A DNA stretch of 64,000 nucleotides, from contig JBBIJY010000001.1 in assembly GCA_037445735.1 (NCBI GenBank), forward strand, positions 96,001 through 160,000. Direction: 5' to 3'. The notes under the pieces were generated by a model. The model saw only the letters and a list, made by a program, of their open reading frames with translations, was not told the DNA's origin and did not search any database. Below are positions 1-10,298 of the stretch, in pieces. The DNA comes from Armatimonadota bacterium (lineage in GTDB: Bacteria > Armatimonadota > Fimbriimonadia > Fimbriimonadales > GBS-DC). The position numbers were made by a program, and so were the translations under genes. Positions within the stretch are counted from its first letter, which is position 1. Every line of letters begins with the position of its first letter.

Positions 1-27
1 CCTCTTTTCAGGGCGAAACGAGGGGGT

Positions 28-3000
28 ATGCGGTGGGTTCGTAGAGGCTGGCTGGTTGGATGGCTGGTTGGTGTGATTGCTGGCGGGTACGCGCAGGCGG
101 TGGTGAAGTTCGCGCGGTATCCTGCGCCATCGCCCGACGGCACACAACTGGTCTTCTCCTATCAGGGCGATTTATGGCTGGCGCCCCTCACAGGCGGACA
201 GGCACAACGGCTCACCGTACACGAGGGTTATGATTTCGCGCCCGTGTGGTCGCCCGACGGTAAAAAGATTGCCTTCACCTCCGATCGCTACGGCAACGAC
301 GATCTGTTCGTGCTGTATCTGGACACGGGGCGCATTCAGCGGCTGACATGGTATTCGGGCACCGATCGCACGCTGGGCTGGACGCCCGACAGTCAGGCGG
401 TGATTTTCGAATCTCAGCGCGACTGGGAGCCGTATGGGGTGCGCTCGGTATCCTATGTGGCGCCGTTGAGTGGCGGCACGCCGTATCGCCTGCACGATGT
501 GGAGGGCACGCCCGCCGCGCTCGCGCCCGACGGCAAGCAAGTCGCCTTCGTGCGTCGCCATAGCGCATGGTGGCGCAAGGGCTATCGGGGCAGCGCGACG
601 GGCGACCTGTGGCTCCATCAGCTCGACAGCGACCGCTTCGTTCGCCTGACCGACACCGACACGCCCGATACCTTCCCGATGTGGGCGCCCGACGGACGCA
701 CGCTCTACTTCGTTTCCGAGCGCGATGGAACCTATAACCTCTACGCGATGGAGGTCGCCACACGGCGGGTGCGCCCGCTCACACGCTTCAAAGAGGACGG
801 CGTGCGCTTCCCGCAAATCAGTGCGAACGGGCGCGTGATCGTCTTCGAGCAGGGCATGGATATCTGGCGGCTGGAGCTGCCGTCGGGCAATCTGCAGCCC
901 ATCGCGCTCACCATCCCTGCCGACGATGAACGCGGCATGCCAGAGGTCGTGCGCACTTTCACGGGCAACATCTCCGAGTATGCCGTTGCGCCCAGCGGCA
1001 AGGAGGTCGCTTTCGTGGTGCGTGGCGAAATCTTCGCGACGCGCTTCCCCGACGGCGGCATCACGCGCAATCTCACAGAGACCGTCGAACCCGAATCGGG
1101 ACTCACATGGTCGCCCGACAGCAAGGTGCTGATTTTCGCTGCAGAGCGGGAGGGTCAGAGCGACCTCTATCGGCTCACTTCGGATGACCCCGAAGAACCG
1201 CGCCTGCGCCGCGCTCGCAAGCTCAGGCTCGAACCGCTCACTCAAACGCCCGACAGCGAGACCTCCCCACGCCTCTCGCCAGACGGCAAAAAGCTTGCCT
1301 TCCGTCGCGGCGCGGGCGATCTGGTGGTGATGGACATCGAGACGCGGCAGGAGCGCGTGCTGGTCAAAGGCTGGAACCTGGGCGATTTCCTCTGGTCGCC
1401 CGACAGTCGCTGGCTGGCGTATGAGCAGGCGGACGAGAACTACAACAGCGACATCTGGATTGTATCGGCGGAGGGCGGCGAGCCAGTGAACCTGACGCGC
1501 CATCCGCGCAACGACAGCTCGCCCTCATGGTCGGCGGATGGGCGTGCGCTGGTGTTCCTCTCTGAACGCGACACCGACACGCCCAATATCTACTTCGTCT
1601 ATCTGCGCAAAGAGGACGACGAGAAGACCCGCGCCGACCGCGAGGACGAGGAAGACGCCCGCCACGACGCGCCCAGCAAAGAGGGGAAAACGGAGCAGAA
1701 ACCGCCACAGGTGCAGATCGACTTTGAGGACATTCACCTGCGCATTCGCGCCGTCACGCGCTATGCGGACGGCGTACAGGAGGCAGTCGTCTCACCCGAT
1801 GCGGAGCGCATCGCCTACCGCACCGCCTATCAGGGTCAGTCGGACCTCTATACTATCAGGTGGGATGGCACGGACGAAAAGCGGCTCACCACGGGCGGGA
1901 TGAACCCGACACAAATCGTCTGGAGCAGCGACGGCAAAACGCTCTACTTTCTGAGCCGGGGGCGCCTACAGCGCGTCGCGGCGACGGGCGGCACGCCGCA
2001 GGCGACCAGCACCGAAGTGCAGATTCGCATCCGTCCCGATGCCGAGCGCGCCTACCTGCTCGATGCCGTCTGGCGCACGCTGAACGAAACCTTCTATGAT
2101 CCCAACTTTCACGGCGTCAACTGGAGCGCGATGCGCATAAAGTATCGCCCCTATCTGCCCTACGCGCGGGCGGAGCGCGACTTCACTGCGCTGGTCTATC
2201 TGATGCTGGGCGAGCTGCGCTCGTCGCATGTGAGCTTCAGCCCCGCGCAGGGCGATTCAGAAGAGGGCGGTCAGCCAACTGGCATGCTGGGCGTGGTGTG
2301 GAGTAATCGGCGCGATGGGGAAGGCTTGCTGATTGAGCGTGTTCTGCCGAACACGCCCGCCGCCCGCCGCGAGGTCAACCTCCAGCCAGGCGAGCGCGTG
2401 CTAACAATCGACGGACAGCGCATCACGCCCACCACCAGTGTGTGGCGGCTGTTAGAGGGCAAGGTGGATAAGCGGGTTGAACTGCTGGTGCGTCAGCCTG
2501 ATGGCAAGGAGCGCAGAGTGTACTTGCGCCCCATCTCAATCAGCGAATATAACCACGCCCGCTATCGCGACTGGGTGCAGCGCAATCGGCGCTATGTGGA
2601 GCAGAAGAGTGGGGGCAGGCTGGGCTATGTGCATATTCAGGCGATGGGCGAACAGAGCCTGCGCGAGTTCATTCGCGACCTCTATGCCGCCGCCTACGGC
2701 AAGCAGGGGCTGATCATCGATGTGCGCTTCAACGGTGGCGGGCGCACCGCCGATTACCTGCTCGCGATTCTGCATGTGCCGCGCCATGCCTACACCGTCG
2801 GGCGTGGCGGCAAGCCCGGCTACCCGCACGACCGCCTGCCCGTGCCCGAATGGACGAAACCCATCGCCGTGCTGTGCAACTACGCCAGTTTCAGCAACGC
2901 CGAGATTTTCGCGCACGCTATCAAGACGCTCCGACGCGGACCGCTCATCGGCACACCCACCGCAGGCGGGGTCATCAGCACAGGACAGCGCACCCTGATG

Positions 3001-3189
3001 GACGGCAGCCGCGTCAGCACGCCCGGACGCGGCTGGTACACCATCGATAAGGGTATCAACCTGGAGGGCAACGGCGCCCAGCCCGACCACCTTGTGGAAG
3101 ACATGCCCGATGACCTGACAGCAGGGCGCGACCGCCAGCTCGATAAAGCCATCGAAGCGCTGCTGGAGCGCCTGCGCCAAGGCGGCTGA
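28..3189 (+). CDS. Tricorn-like S41 family peptidase (PD40 beta-propellers, PDZ, tail-specific protease domain), secreted
   Basis: 1053 aa ORF; signal peptide, repeated WSPDG motifs, GYVHIQAM, IDVRFNGGG, SFSNAE catalytic region. Confidence 0.9.
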   Translation: MRWVRRGWLVGWLVGVIAGGYAQAVVKFARYPAPSPDGTQLVFSYQGDLWLAPLTGGQAQRLTVHEGYDFAPVWSPDGKKIAFTSDRYGNDDLFVLYLDTGRIQRLTWYSGTDRTLGWTPDSQAVIFESQRDWEPYGVRSVSYVAPLSGGTPYRLHDVEGTPAALAPDGKQVAFVRRHSAWWRKGYRGSATGDLWLHQLDSDRFVRLTDTDTPDTFPMWAPDGRTLYFVSERDGTYNLYAMEVATRRVRPLTRFKEDGVRFPQISANGRVIVFEQGMDIWRLELPSGNLQPIALTIPADDERGMPEVVRTFTGNISEYAVAPSGKEVAFVVRGEIFATRFPDGGITRNLTETVEPESGLTWSPDSKVLIFAAEREGQSDLYRLTSDDPEEPRLRRARKLRLEPLTQTPDSETSPRLSPDGKKLAFRRGAGDLVVMDIETRQERVLVKGWNLGDFLWSPDSRWLAYEQADENYNSDIWIVSAEGGEPVNLTRHPRNDSSPSWSADGRALVFLSERDTDTPNIYFVYLRKEDDEKTRADREDEEDARHDAPSKEGKTEQKPPQVQIDFEDIHLRIRAVTRYADGVQEAVVSPDAERIAYRTAYQGQSDLYTIRWDGTDEKRLTTGGMNPTQIVWSSDGKTLYFLSRGRLQRVAATGGTPQATSTEVQIRIRPDAERAYLLDAVWRTLNETFYDPNFHGVNWSAMRIKYRPYLPYARAERDFTALVYLMLGELRSSHVSFSPAQGDSEEGGQPTGMLGVVWSNRRDGEGLLIERVLPNTPAARREVNLQPGERVLTIDGQRITPTTSVWRLLEGKVDKRVELLVRQPDGKERRVYLRPISISEYNHARYRDWVQRNRRYVEQKSGGRLGYVHIQAMGEQSLREFIRDLYAAAYGKQGLIIDVRFNGGGRTADYLLAILHVPRHAYTVGRGGKPGYPHDRLPVPEWTKPIAVLCNYASFSNAEIFAHAIKTLRRGPLIGTPTAGGVISTGQRTLMDGSRVSTPGRGWYTIDKGINLEGNGAQPDHLVEDMPDDLTAGRDRQLDKAIEALLERLRQGG

Positions 3190-3201
3190 TTCGCCGTTCG
3201 G

Positions 3202-4485
3202 CTACCGATAGCCTATCAGCACGGGGTTCTCCAGCACGCGCTTCAGCTCCTGTAAGAATCGGGCGCCCGTCGCACCGTCCAGCACGCGATGGTCGCACGA
3301 GAGCGTGACCTTCATGCGGGAGCGAGGCTGAATGGAGCCGTCGTCCATCACCACAGGCACCTTCTTCACCGCGCCAACCGCCAGAATCGCGCTCGCGGGC
3401 GGGTTGATAATCGCCGCGAACTCGTCAATATCGAACATGCCCAGATTCGACACGGTAAAGGTGTTGCCCGTCATCTCATCAGGTAACAGTTTGCCCTCGC
3501 GCGCCTTCTGGATGAGCGCCTGCGCCTCCTGCGCAATGCGCAGCAGCGGCTTGCTCTCGCAGTGGCGCACAACGGCGACCAGCAGACCCTCGTCCACCGC
3601 AACGGCGATCCCGATATGGATGCCGTCGGCATAGACCAGCGTCCCGTCGCGATAGGAGGCGTTGACAAGGGGGTGCTTCTCAATCGCGACGGCACACGCC
3701 TTGAGAACCAGATCGTTCACGCTGACGCGCACGCCCTCCTCGAGGCGATTGAGCGTTTCGCGCAGGGCGAGCGCTTCCTCCATGTCGATTTCGATGGTGA
3801 GGTAGAAGTGGGGGATGGTCTGCTTGGCTTCGGTGGTGCGCTGAGCGGTGATCTGGCGCAGGCGGTTCAACGACTCCGTGCGGGCGGCGATGGGCGCAGG
3901 TGCAGGCGCGACGGCAGCGGGTTGCGCCGCGCGCTGCTGGAGATACGCCAGCACATCGCGCTCCACGATGCGCCCCTGCGGTCCCGTGCCTTTCAGCAGG
4001 CGCAGGTCGATGCCATGCTCCCGCGCGATTTTGCGAGCGAGCGGGGAGGCGAGGATGCGTTCAGCCCTCACCCCCTGACCCTCTCCCCCGCTGGGGGCGA
4101 GGGGAGTTTCAGCCCTCTCCCCCACTGGGGGAGAGGGTACGGGTGAGGGGGCAATCGTGGGCGGGACGCCCACGCTACTCGGTGGTACGGGTGAGGGGGC
4201 TTCGGCAGGTTTGCCGTCCCGATCAAGTTCGGCGGGCAGCGATTCGCCTTCGGCTAAGATATACGCCAGCGGGGTGTTGATGGGCACGGTCGCGCCCTCC
4301 TGAACACGAATGCCGCGCAGGATACCCGATGCGGGCGCCTCCAGCTCAATCGTTGCCTTGTCGGTCGCGATTTCAGCAATCGGCTCGCCCGCTTTGACCA
4401 TCTCGCCCTCCTGCTTGAGCCAGCGGACGAGCGTGCCCTCCTCCATCGCGTCGCCCATCTTCGGCATTATCACGGTCTGCATCAT
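3202..4485 (-). CDS. pdhC: Pyruvate dehydrogenase E2, dihydrolipoamide acetyltransferase
   Basis: Lipoyl domain (TDKA), subunit-binding domain (ASPLARK...GTGPQGRI), catalytic DHRVLDG. Confidence 0.93.
   Translation of the reverse strand: MMQTVIMPKMGDAMEEGTLVRWLKQEGEMVKAGEPIAEIATDKATIELEAPASGILRGIRVQEGATVPINTPLAYILAEGESLPAELDRDGKPAEAPSPVPPSSVGVPPTIAPSPVPSPPVGERAETPLAPSGGEGQGVRAERILASPLARKIAREHGIDLRLLKGTGPQGRIVERDVLAYLQQRAAQPAAVAPAPAPIAARTESLNRLRQITAQRTTEAKQTIPHFYLTIEIDMEEALALRETLNRLEEGVRVSVNDLVLKACAVAIEKHPLVNASYRDGTLVYADGIHIGIAVAVDEGLLVAVVRHCESKPLLRIAQEAQALIQKAREGKLLPDEMTGNTFTVSNLGMFDIDEFAAIINPPASAILAVGAVKKVPVVMDDGSIQPRSRMKVTLSCDHRVLDGATGARFLQELKRVLENPVLIGYR
4065..4151. repeat. BoxC-like double-hairpin palindromic repeat, in frame inside the pdhC linker
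   Basis: ccctcaccc..ccctctccccc-gct-gggggcgagggg..ccctctccccc-act-gggggagaggg-tac-gggtgagggg. Confidence 0.9.
4155..4178 (-). repeat. GTAG-type REP-like palindrome
   Basis: Minus strand reads GTAG-CGTGGGCG-TCC-CGCCCACG (perfect 8-bp stem). Confidence 0.6.
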
Positions 4486-4495
4486 TCCAGCCTCC

Positions 4496-5470
4496 CTATG
4501 TCAGCACCTGCCTGACCGCCGCGATCACATCGTCCACCTGCGGGTAGGCGGCGCGTTCCAGATATTTGTTGTAGGGCATCGGCACATCGGCGCCCGCCAC
4601 GCGCAGCACGGGCGCGTCCAGCCAGTCGAACGCCTGCTCCTGAATCTGGGCGGCAATCTCCGCGCCGAAGCCGCAGTAGCGCCAGTCATCGTGCAGGGCA
4701 ATCGCGCGGTGCGTCTTGCGCACCGAGTTGAACACCGTCTCCCAGTCGCAGGGCATGAGCGTGCGCAGGTCGACAATCTCCACCTCGATACCCTCCTGCT
4801 GGAGGCGTTCGGCAGCCTGCTGGGCGAGCAGCACCCCGCGCGAATAGGTGATGATCGACACATCGCGCCCGACGCGCTTGATGTCCGCCACGCCGAACGG
4901 GATGGTGTATTCACCATCGGGCACCTCACCCCGCGTCAGGTACAGCTGCGGATGCTCAATAAACATCACGGGGTTATTGTCGCGGATGGCGGTCTTCAGC
5001 AGCCCTTTGGCGTCGGCAGGTGTGGAGGGCAGCACCACCTTCAAGCCCGGCGAATGCGCCACCCACAGCTCGAAACTGTGCGAATGCTGGGCTGCCAGCT
5101 GCTTGCCCGGTCCAGCAGGACCGCGAATCACGAGCGGCACAGGGCATGCCCCGCCCGATTTGTAGAGAATCTTCGCCGCATGGTTCACAATCTGATCCAT
5201 CGCCAGGAAGGCGAAGCTCCAGGTCATCACCTCCACGACGGGTCGCAGTCCCTCCATCGCCGCCCCGATCGCAATCGCGATAAAGCCCGGCTCGGAGATG
5301 GGCGTGTCCCACACCCGATTCGGTCCATACTTCTGGAACAGCCCCTCCGTGACGCGAAAAGTGCCCTGATAGCGTCCGATGTCTTCGCCAATCAGGAACA
5401 CCGTTTCGTCTCTGTCCATCTCCTCGATCAGCGCTTCGCGAATGGCTTCGCGGAACAGTCTGGTTGCCAT
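4496..5470 (-). CDS. pdhB: Pyruvate dehydrogenase E1 beta subunit
   Basis: GEDIG, DTPISE, AAQHS motifs; SD ggagg upstream. Confidence 0.93.
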   Translation of the reverse strand: MATRLFREAIREALIEEMDRDETVFLIGEDIGRYQGTFRVTEGLFQKYGPNRVWDTPISEPGFIAIAIGAAMEGLRPVVEVMTWSFAFLAMDQIVNHAAKILYKSGGACPVPLVIRGPAGPGKQLAAQHSHSFELWVAHSPGLKVVLPSTPADAKGLLKTAIRDNNPVMFIEHPQLYLTRGEVPDGEYTIPFGVADIKRVGRDVSIITYSRGVLLAQQAAERLQQEGIEVEIVDLRTLMPCDWETVFNSVRKTHRAIALHDDWRYCGFGAEIAAQIQEQAFDWLDAPVLRVAGADVPMPYNKYLERAAYPQVDDVIAAVRQVLT

Positions 5471-5485
5471 GCTGGAAACCTCCGT

Positions 5486-6493
5486 TCAGTCGGCGAACAC
5501 ATGCTGCCAGAGCTCGTCCAGCGGTGGGTCAGCGCTCTCATCGGCGTAGCGGGCAGCTTCTTCGACGATGCGCTGCGCCTGCTGGTCAATCGCTTCCAGC
5601 TCCTGCTCGGTGCAGATGCCGTTCTGCAGCAGGTAGTGTTGCAGGTTCGGGATGGGGTCGCGCTTGCGCCACTCTTCGATCTCCTCGCGCGTGCGATACG
5701 AGCCAGGATCGGTGATGTCGGCGGCGCCGTGCCCCACGAAGCGATAGGTGATTGCCTCCACGAAGTAGGGTTCCTGGCGCGTGCGCACATGGTGGATGAT
5801 CTCGCGCGCCGCCTCGCGCACCTTCAGCACATCCATGCCGTCGATCTGGCAGCTGGGAAAGCCGTACACGGAGGCGCGCTCCGCCAGGTTCGTCACCGCC
5901 GAGTGCAGTTCGACGGGCGTGCCCATCGCGTACTTATTGTTCTCCACGATGTAGACGATGGGCAGCTTCCACAGCCCTGCCATATTGAGGCATTCGTGCA
6001 GCAGTCCGGCGTTCATCGCGCCGTCGCCGAAGAAGCAGAGCGTGATGCCGTCGCTCTGCCGATACTTCTGGCTGAAGGCGACGCCCGTCGCGATGCCGAT
6101 CACGCCGCCCACAATCGCGTAGCCACCCAGAAAGTTATGCGCCTTATCATAAAAGTGCATCGAGCCGCCCTTGCCGCGGCACAGCCCGGTGACCTTGCCG
6201 TACAGTTCCGCCATCACGCGGCGCGGGTCGCTGCCCAGCGCCAGCACATAGCCGTGATCGCGATAGTGCCCCAGCACGCGGTCGTTCGGCTGCAACTGCG
6301 AGATGAAGCCAACTGCCAGCGCCTCCTCACCGATATACAGGTGAAGATAGCCACCAATCTTGTCCTGGCGATACGCCCGATCGCAGTGCTGCTCGAAGTG
6401 CCGAATCAGCACCATCTGGCGATAGAGTTCCAGCAGCTCCTCGCGCTCCTCTTTGGAGAGCGCCGCCTTTTTCGTTCGGGTACGGGTACTCAT
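5486..6493 (-). CDS. pdhA: Pyruvate dehydrogenase E1 alpha subunit
   Basis: GYLHLYIGEEA, TPP-binding GDGA..NN; start set at MSTRTR after SD aaggagg. Confidence 0.93.
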   Translation of the reverse strand: MSTRTRTKKAALSKEEREELLELYRQMVLIRHFEQHCDRAYRQDKIGGYLHLYIGEEALAVGFISQLQPNDRVLGHYRDHGYVLALGSDPRRVMAELYGKVTGLCRGKGGSMHFYDKAHNFLGGYAIVGGVIGIATGVAFSQKYRQSDGITLCFFGDGAMNAGLLHECLNMAGLWKLPIVYIVENNKYAMGTPVELHSAVTNLAERASVYGFPSCQIDGMDVLKVREAAREIIHHVRTRQEPYFVEAITYRFVGHGAADITDPGSYRTREEIEEWRKRDPIPNLQHYLLQNGICTEQELEAIDQQAQRIVEEAARYADESADPPLDELWQHVFAD

Positions 6494-6605
6494 AGCAACC
6501 TCCTTCTGTGCGCGGAGTGCCTGCCGCCCCATCGCGTGCAACGCCGACGCATCATAAGTGTACCCGACTGACAGGCGGGAATGCCGTTTCGGGGCGCGAA
6601 TCACC

Positions 6606-7904
6606 ATGCTGGCGATGGCGAACTATCTGTTGCGGCACGGGCGCGTGATAGACCCCGCTCAGGGGCTGGATAGTCGAGCCGATGTGCGCATTCGGGACGG
6701 GCGAATCGCCGAGATTGCACCCCAGCTCACGCCTGAAGCGGGCGAAACGCTCATCGACTGCGCCGACTGCTGGGTCGCGCCCGGGCTGGTGGACATCCAT
6801 GTGCATCTGCGCGAGCCAGGTCAGAGCTATAAGGAGACTCTTCAGTCGGGCGGTGAGGCGGCGGTCGCGGGTGGGTTCACCTCCATCTGCTGTATGCCGA
6901 ACACGGAGCCGCCGCTCGATAGCCCTGCGCTGGTGCGCGAGCTGCTGTGGCGGGCGGAGCGCGAATCGCCCTGCAGGGTCTATGTGGTGGCGGCGCTCAC
7001 GCAGGCGATGCGCGGCGAGCAGCTCTGCGACTATGCGGCGCTCAGGCAGGCGGGCGCGGTCGCTGTCAGCGACGATGCGTTCCCCATCCAGTCGGCAGCG
7101 GTCATGCGACGGGCGATGCGCGCCTGCGCCGCAATCGGGCTGCCCGTGCTGACCCACTGCGAGGATCAGAGCCTGACCACTGGCGCGTCGATGCATGAGG
7201 GCGAGGTGAGCGCACGGCTGGGGCTGCGCGGAATGCCTGCCTCCGCCGAAACAATAATGATTGCCCGCAACGCCCTGCTCGCGCTCGAAACGGGCTGCCA
7301 CCTCCACATCCAGCACCTGTCAACGGCTGTCGGACTGGAGCTGGTTCGGCTCTTTCGGCGGCTGGGCGCGTCGCTCACGACGGAAGTCACGCCCCACCAT
7401 CTGCTGCTGACCCATCATGCCTGCGACGGTTTCAACACCGACGCGAAGATGAACCCGCCGTTGCGCACGCAGGCGGACTGCGACGCGCTCAGCGAAGGGC
7501 TGATTGCAGGCGACATCGACTGCATAGCGACCGACCACGCGCCTCACGCCGCCTTTGAGAAGGAGCAGCCGTTCGGTCAGGCGCCGTTCGGGATTGTGGG
7601 GCTGGAGACCGCACTGGGCTGCATTCTGCACTGGAACGCGGCGCGAGGCGAGCCGCTCAGTCCGCTGGAGCTGCTTTATCGACTCAGCACGCGCCCCGCG
7701 CAGATACTGGGCTTGCCCGCAGGCACTTTGCAGGTGGGCGCGCCCGCCGATGTGGTGGTGATCGACCCCAGCGCCCGCTGGACGGTGGACCCTGCCGGGT
7801 TCCGTTCGCTGGGCAAAAGCACGCCCTTCGCCCGCTGGGAACTGCCGGGCAGGGTACGCTACACCTTTGTTGGCGGCGAGCGCGTGTATCCACCCTCTCC
7901 CTGA
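6606..7904 (+). CDS. pyrC: Dihydroorotase (multifunctional complex type)
   Basis: DIHVHLREPG, MPNT, KMNPPLR, ATDHAPH; start could instead be 6615. Confidence 0.9.
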   Translation: MLAMANYLLRHGRVIDPAQGLDSRADVRIRDGRIAEIAPQLTPEAGETLIDCADCWVAPGLVDIHVHLREPGQSYKETLQSGGEAAVAGGFTSICCMPNTEPPLDSPALVRELLWRAERESPCRVYVVAALTQAMRGEQLCDYAALRQAGAVAVSDDAFPIQSAAVMRRAMRACAAIGLPVLTHCEDQSLTTGASMHEGEVSARLGLRGMPASAETIMIARNALLALETGCHLHIQHLSTAVGLELVRLFRRLGASLTTEVTPHHLLLTHHACDGFNTDAKMNPPLRTQADCDALSEGLIAGDIDCIATDHAPHAAFEKEQPFGQAPFGIVGLETALGCILHWNAARGEPLSPLELLYRLSTRPAQILGLPAGTLQVGAPADVVVIDPSARWTVDPAGFRSLGKSTPFARWELPGRVRYTFVGGERVYPPSP

Positions 7905-7964
7905 AGAAAGGGAAGGATTACAAATCCCCCGCGCTCCAGAATGGGGGAAGATACGGGTGAGGGG
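7893..7964. repeat. Degenerate BoxC-like repeat over the pyrC stop, between convergent genes
   Basis: ccctctccc..agggaagg..ccccc..ggggg..tacgggtgagggg. Confidence 0.65.
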
Positions 7965-7965
7965 T

Positions 7966-8787
7966 TCATTTTCCCGCCTGCAGGGTGACCCGATGCGCGT
8001 AATCGTTGCCCGCCTCATCTCGCCGCCGATGAACCACCACCTGCACGGGCAATTTGATTTTATCGATAGCCACCGCCTTGCCTTTGAGCGTGAAAACGGT
8101 CTTCTCGTCATATCGAAACTGGCGTACATCGCCTGCCTGCGTGCGCACCTTCAGCATCTGGGCGTTTTTATCGATGGCTTGCAATGTGCCCCGAACGGTT
8201 GGCAGGGTGCGCTCGCGCCCGATTGCCGCCTGCTGCTCGCTATCGCTCACCACCAGCGCCATCGTGTCCAGATTCGAGAGCAGGCGCGGTGCCAGATAGA
8301 TTTTCTCGCCCGCCTGAAATGCTTCCGGCGTCGCAGGTTGACCTTTTTTCACAAAGCGCGTGCTGGGATTGATTTTATACACGAAGCGCGTGCGGTCGGC
8401 AAACTCCACAATCAGGTACTCCTCCTCAATTCCCATCAGCGTGCCCTGCACAACGCCGCGTCGCACCCGCTCCAGCCACTTCCATGTGTCGGGGTCCGCC
8501 ATCTCGCGGAGAATAGGGCGCGTGGCGGTGCCCACGCTCAGTCGAACCATCACGGGCTTGCCCACCATCTCCCGAAACGACTCCAGCGAAGCGGGCTGCC
8601 TGTTGAGCCACAGGCGCGCTTTTTTGTGCAGGCTCACACTCAGCTCGGCTCTGCCAGCACGCTTGAGAACAACCGAATCCCCTTCAGGTTCAAACTTTAC
8701 AAGATGCGCCTGAAAAATTTCGGTCTCGGCATATAGGGTCAGCATCAGCCCGCTCACGATGAGCAGAACCAGTCCCTTCGCCCACAT
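7966..8787 (-). CDS. Secreted hypothetical protein with repeated small beta-barrel (DUF5666-like) units
   Basis: Signal peptide MWAKGLVLLI..; repeated 'V.GTL..I...L.V' and 'T.F...G' units; SD ggagg. Confidence 0.6.
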   Translation of the reverse strand: MWAKGLVLLIVSGLMLTLYAETEIFQAHLVKFEPEGDSVVLKRAGRAELSVSLHKKARLWLNRQPASLESFREMVGKPVMVRLSVGTATRPILREMADPDTWKWLERVRRGVVQGTLMGIEEEYLIVEFADRTRFVYKINPSTRFVKKGQPATPEAFQAGEKIYLAPRLLSNLDTMALVVSDSEQQAAIGRERTLPTVRGTLQAIDKNAQMLKVRTQAGDVRQFRYDEKTVFTLKGKAVAIDKIKLPVQVVVHRRRDEAGNDYAHRVTLQAGK

Positions 8788-8903
8788 CACACGAACCTCC
8801 TGCACCCACCCCGATTCGGGAAGCCCTGCCCCACTCCTGCTGGATAGCCGATCCGGGAGCTGACCACTCACGATGGGTATAATCGCTGGCGAGGGAGGCA
8901 GCA

Positions 8904-10298
8904 ATGGCGCAGAGAATCGAAAAGGATGCGCTGGGCGAGCGGGCGATACCCGCCGAAGTCTACTGGGGGTTGCAGACCCTGCGAGCGCAGGAGAACTTCC
9001 CCATCAGCGGCATCACCGAGCCGCCCCTGATGATCGACGCCTATGTGCTGCTCAAAAAAGCGTGCGCACAGGCGAATATGGAACTGGGGCTGATCCCTGA
9101 ACCCATCGGCAAAGCCATCATGCAGGCTGCCGACGAGGTGCTATCAGGCAAACTGCGCGACCAGTTCCCCACTGACATCTTCCATCAGGGCGCCGGCACC
9201 TCGTTCCACATGAATGTGAATGAGGTGCTGGCAAATCGCGCTATTGAGATCCTGGGCGGACAAAAGGGCGATTACACCATCGTTCACCCGAACGACCATG
9301 TGAACTTCGGGCAGTCGACGAACGACACCTTCCCGACGGCGATGCGCATCGCGGTGCGGATAGCGCTGGAGCAACTGTTCCCCGCGCTGGACCAGCTAAC
9401 GGAGGGGTTCACGCTCAAGGGGCGCGAGTTCGACCATGTGTTGAAGTCGGGGCGCACCCACCTGCAGGACGCCGTGCCCATCCGACTGGGACAGGAATTC
9501 ACCGCCTACGCCGTCACGGTGCGCAAGTGCCGGCGCCTGCTGGAGACTGCCGCGCATGAGGTGGAGGAGCTGGGCATTGGTGGCAGCGCGGTCGGCACCG
9601 GACTGAACACGCACCCGCAATACCGCTTCCGCGTGGTGGAACTGGTGCGCCAGTGGACAGGACTGCCCTTCCGACCCGCCGATGACCTGCGCGAGGCGAT
9701 GCAGAGCCAGATGCCCATCGCCTGCGTTGGCGCCGCCCTTCGCATCCTCGCGCTGGAAATCACCCGCATCGCTAATGACCTGCGCCTGCTGGCTTCCGGA
9801 CCCCTGACAGGCTTCGCCGAAATCGTGCTGCCCGCCGTGCAACCAGGCAGCAGCATCATGCCCGGCAAGGTCAACCCCAGCATCCCCGAAATGGTCAATA
9901 TGGTCTGCTTCCAGGTGATCGGTTGCGCCACCACCATCGATTACGCGGTGCAGGCAGGTCAGCTGGAGCTGAATGTAATGATGCCCGTGATGGCGTATAA
10001 TGCGCTCTTCGCGCTGCAGATTATCACAAACGCCCTGCGCATGTTCGACGAGCGGTGCGTGCGGGGCATCGTGGCGAACGAGGAAAAGTGCCGCTGGTAC
10101 GCCGAGACCAGCCCCAGCCTCGCCACCGCGCTCAACCCCTATGTGGGCTATGCAACGGCAGCAGAAATCGTGAAACAGGCTCTGCGTGAGAACCGCAGCA
10201 TCATCGATGTGGTGCGCGAGCGCGGACTGCTCACCGAAGAGCAGATTCGAGAACTGCTCGACCCCTACAAAATGACCGAACCCAACCTGGGAGATTAG
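8904..10298 (+). CDS. aspA: Aspartate ammonia-lyase (class II fumarase/aspartase superfamily)
   Basis: HPNDHVN, GRTHLQDA, GSSIMPGKVNP; TATAAT and SD upstream; fumC not excluded. Confidence 0.75.
   Translation: MAQRIEKDALGERAIPAEVYWGLQTLRAQENFPISGITEPPLMIDAYVLLKKACAQANMELGLIPEPIGKAIMQAADEVLSGKLRDQFPTDIFHQGAGTSFHMNVNEVLANRAIEILGGQKGDYTIVHPNDHVNFGQSTNDTFPTAMRIAVRIALEQLFPALDQLTEGFTLKGREFDHVLKSGRTHLQDAVPIRLGQEFTAYAVTVRKCRRLLETAAHEVEELGIGGSAVGTGLNTHPQYRFRVVELVRQWTGLPFRPADDLREAMQSQMPIACVGAALRILALEITRIANDLRLLASGPLTGFAEIVLPAVQPGSSIMPGKVNPSIPEMVNMVCFQVIGCATTIDYAVQAGQLELNVMMPVMAYNALFALQIITNALRMFDERCVRGIVANEEKCRWYAETSPSLATALNPYVGYATAAEIVKQALRENRSIIDVVRERGLLTEEQIRELLDPYKMTEPNLGD

Noticed and set aside
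3202-6493. Missing lpd (E3) beside pdhABC; also missing ccmC beside ccmAB and glyQ beside glyS
   Set aside because: Split operons are common and the partners may lie outside the window.
4310-6571. 753-aa plus-strand ORF
   Set aside because: Antisense shadow of pdhABC from high-GC codon bias; no recognisable motifs.
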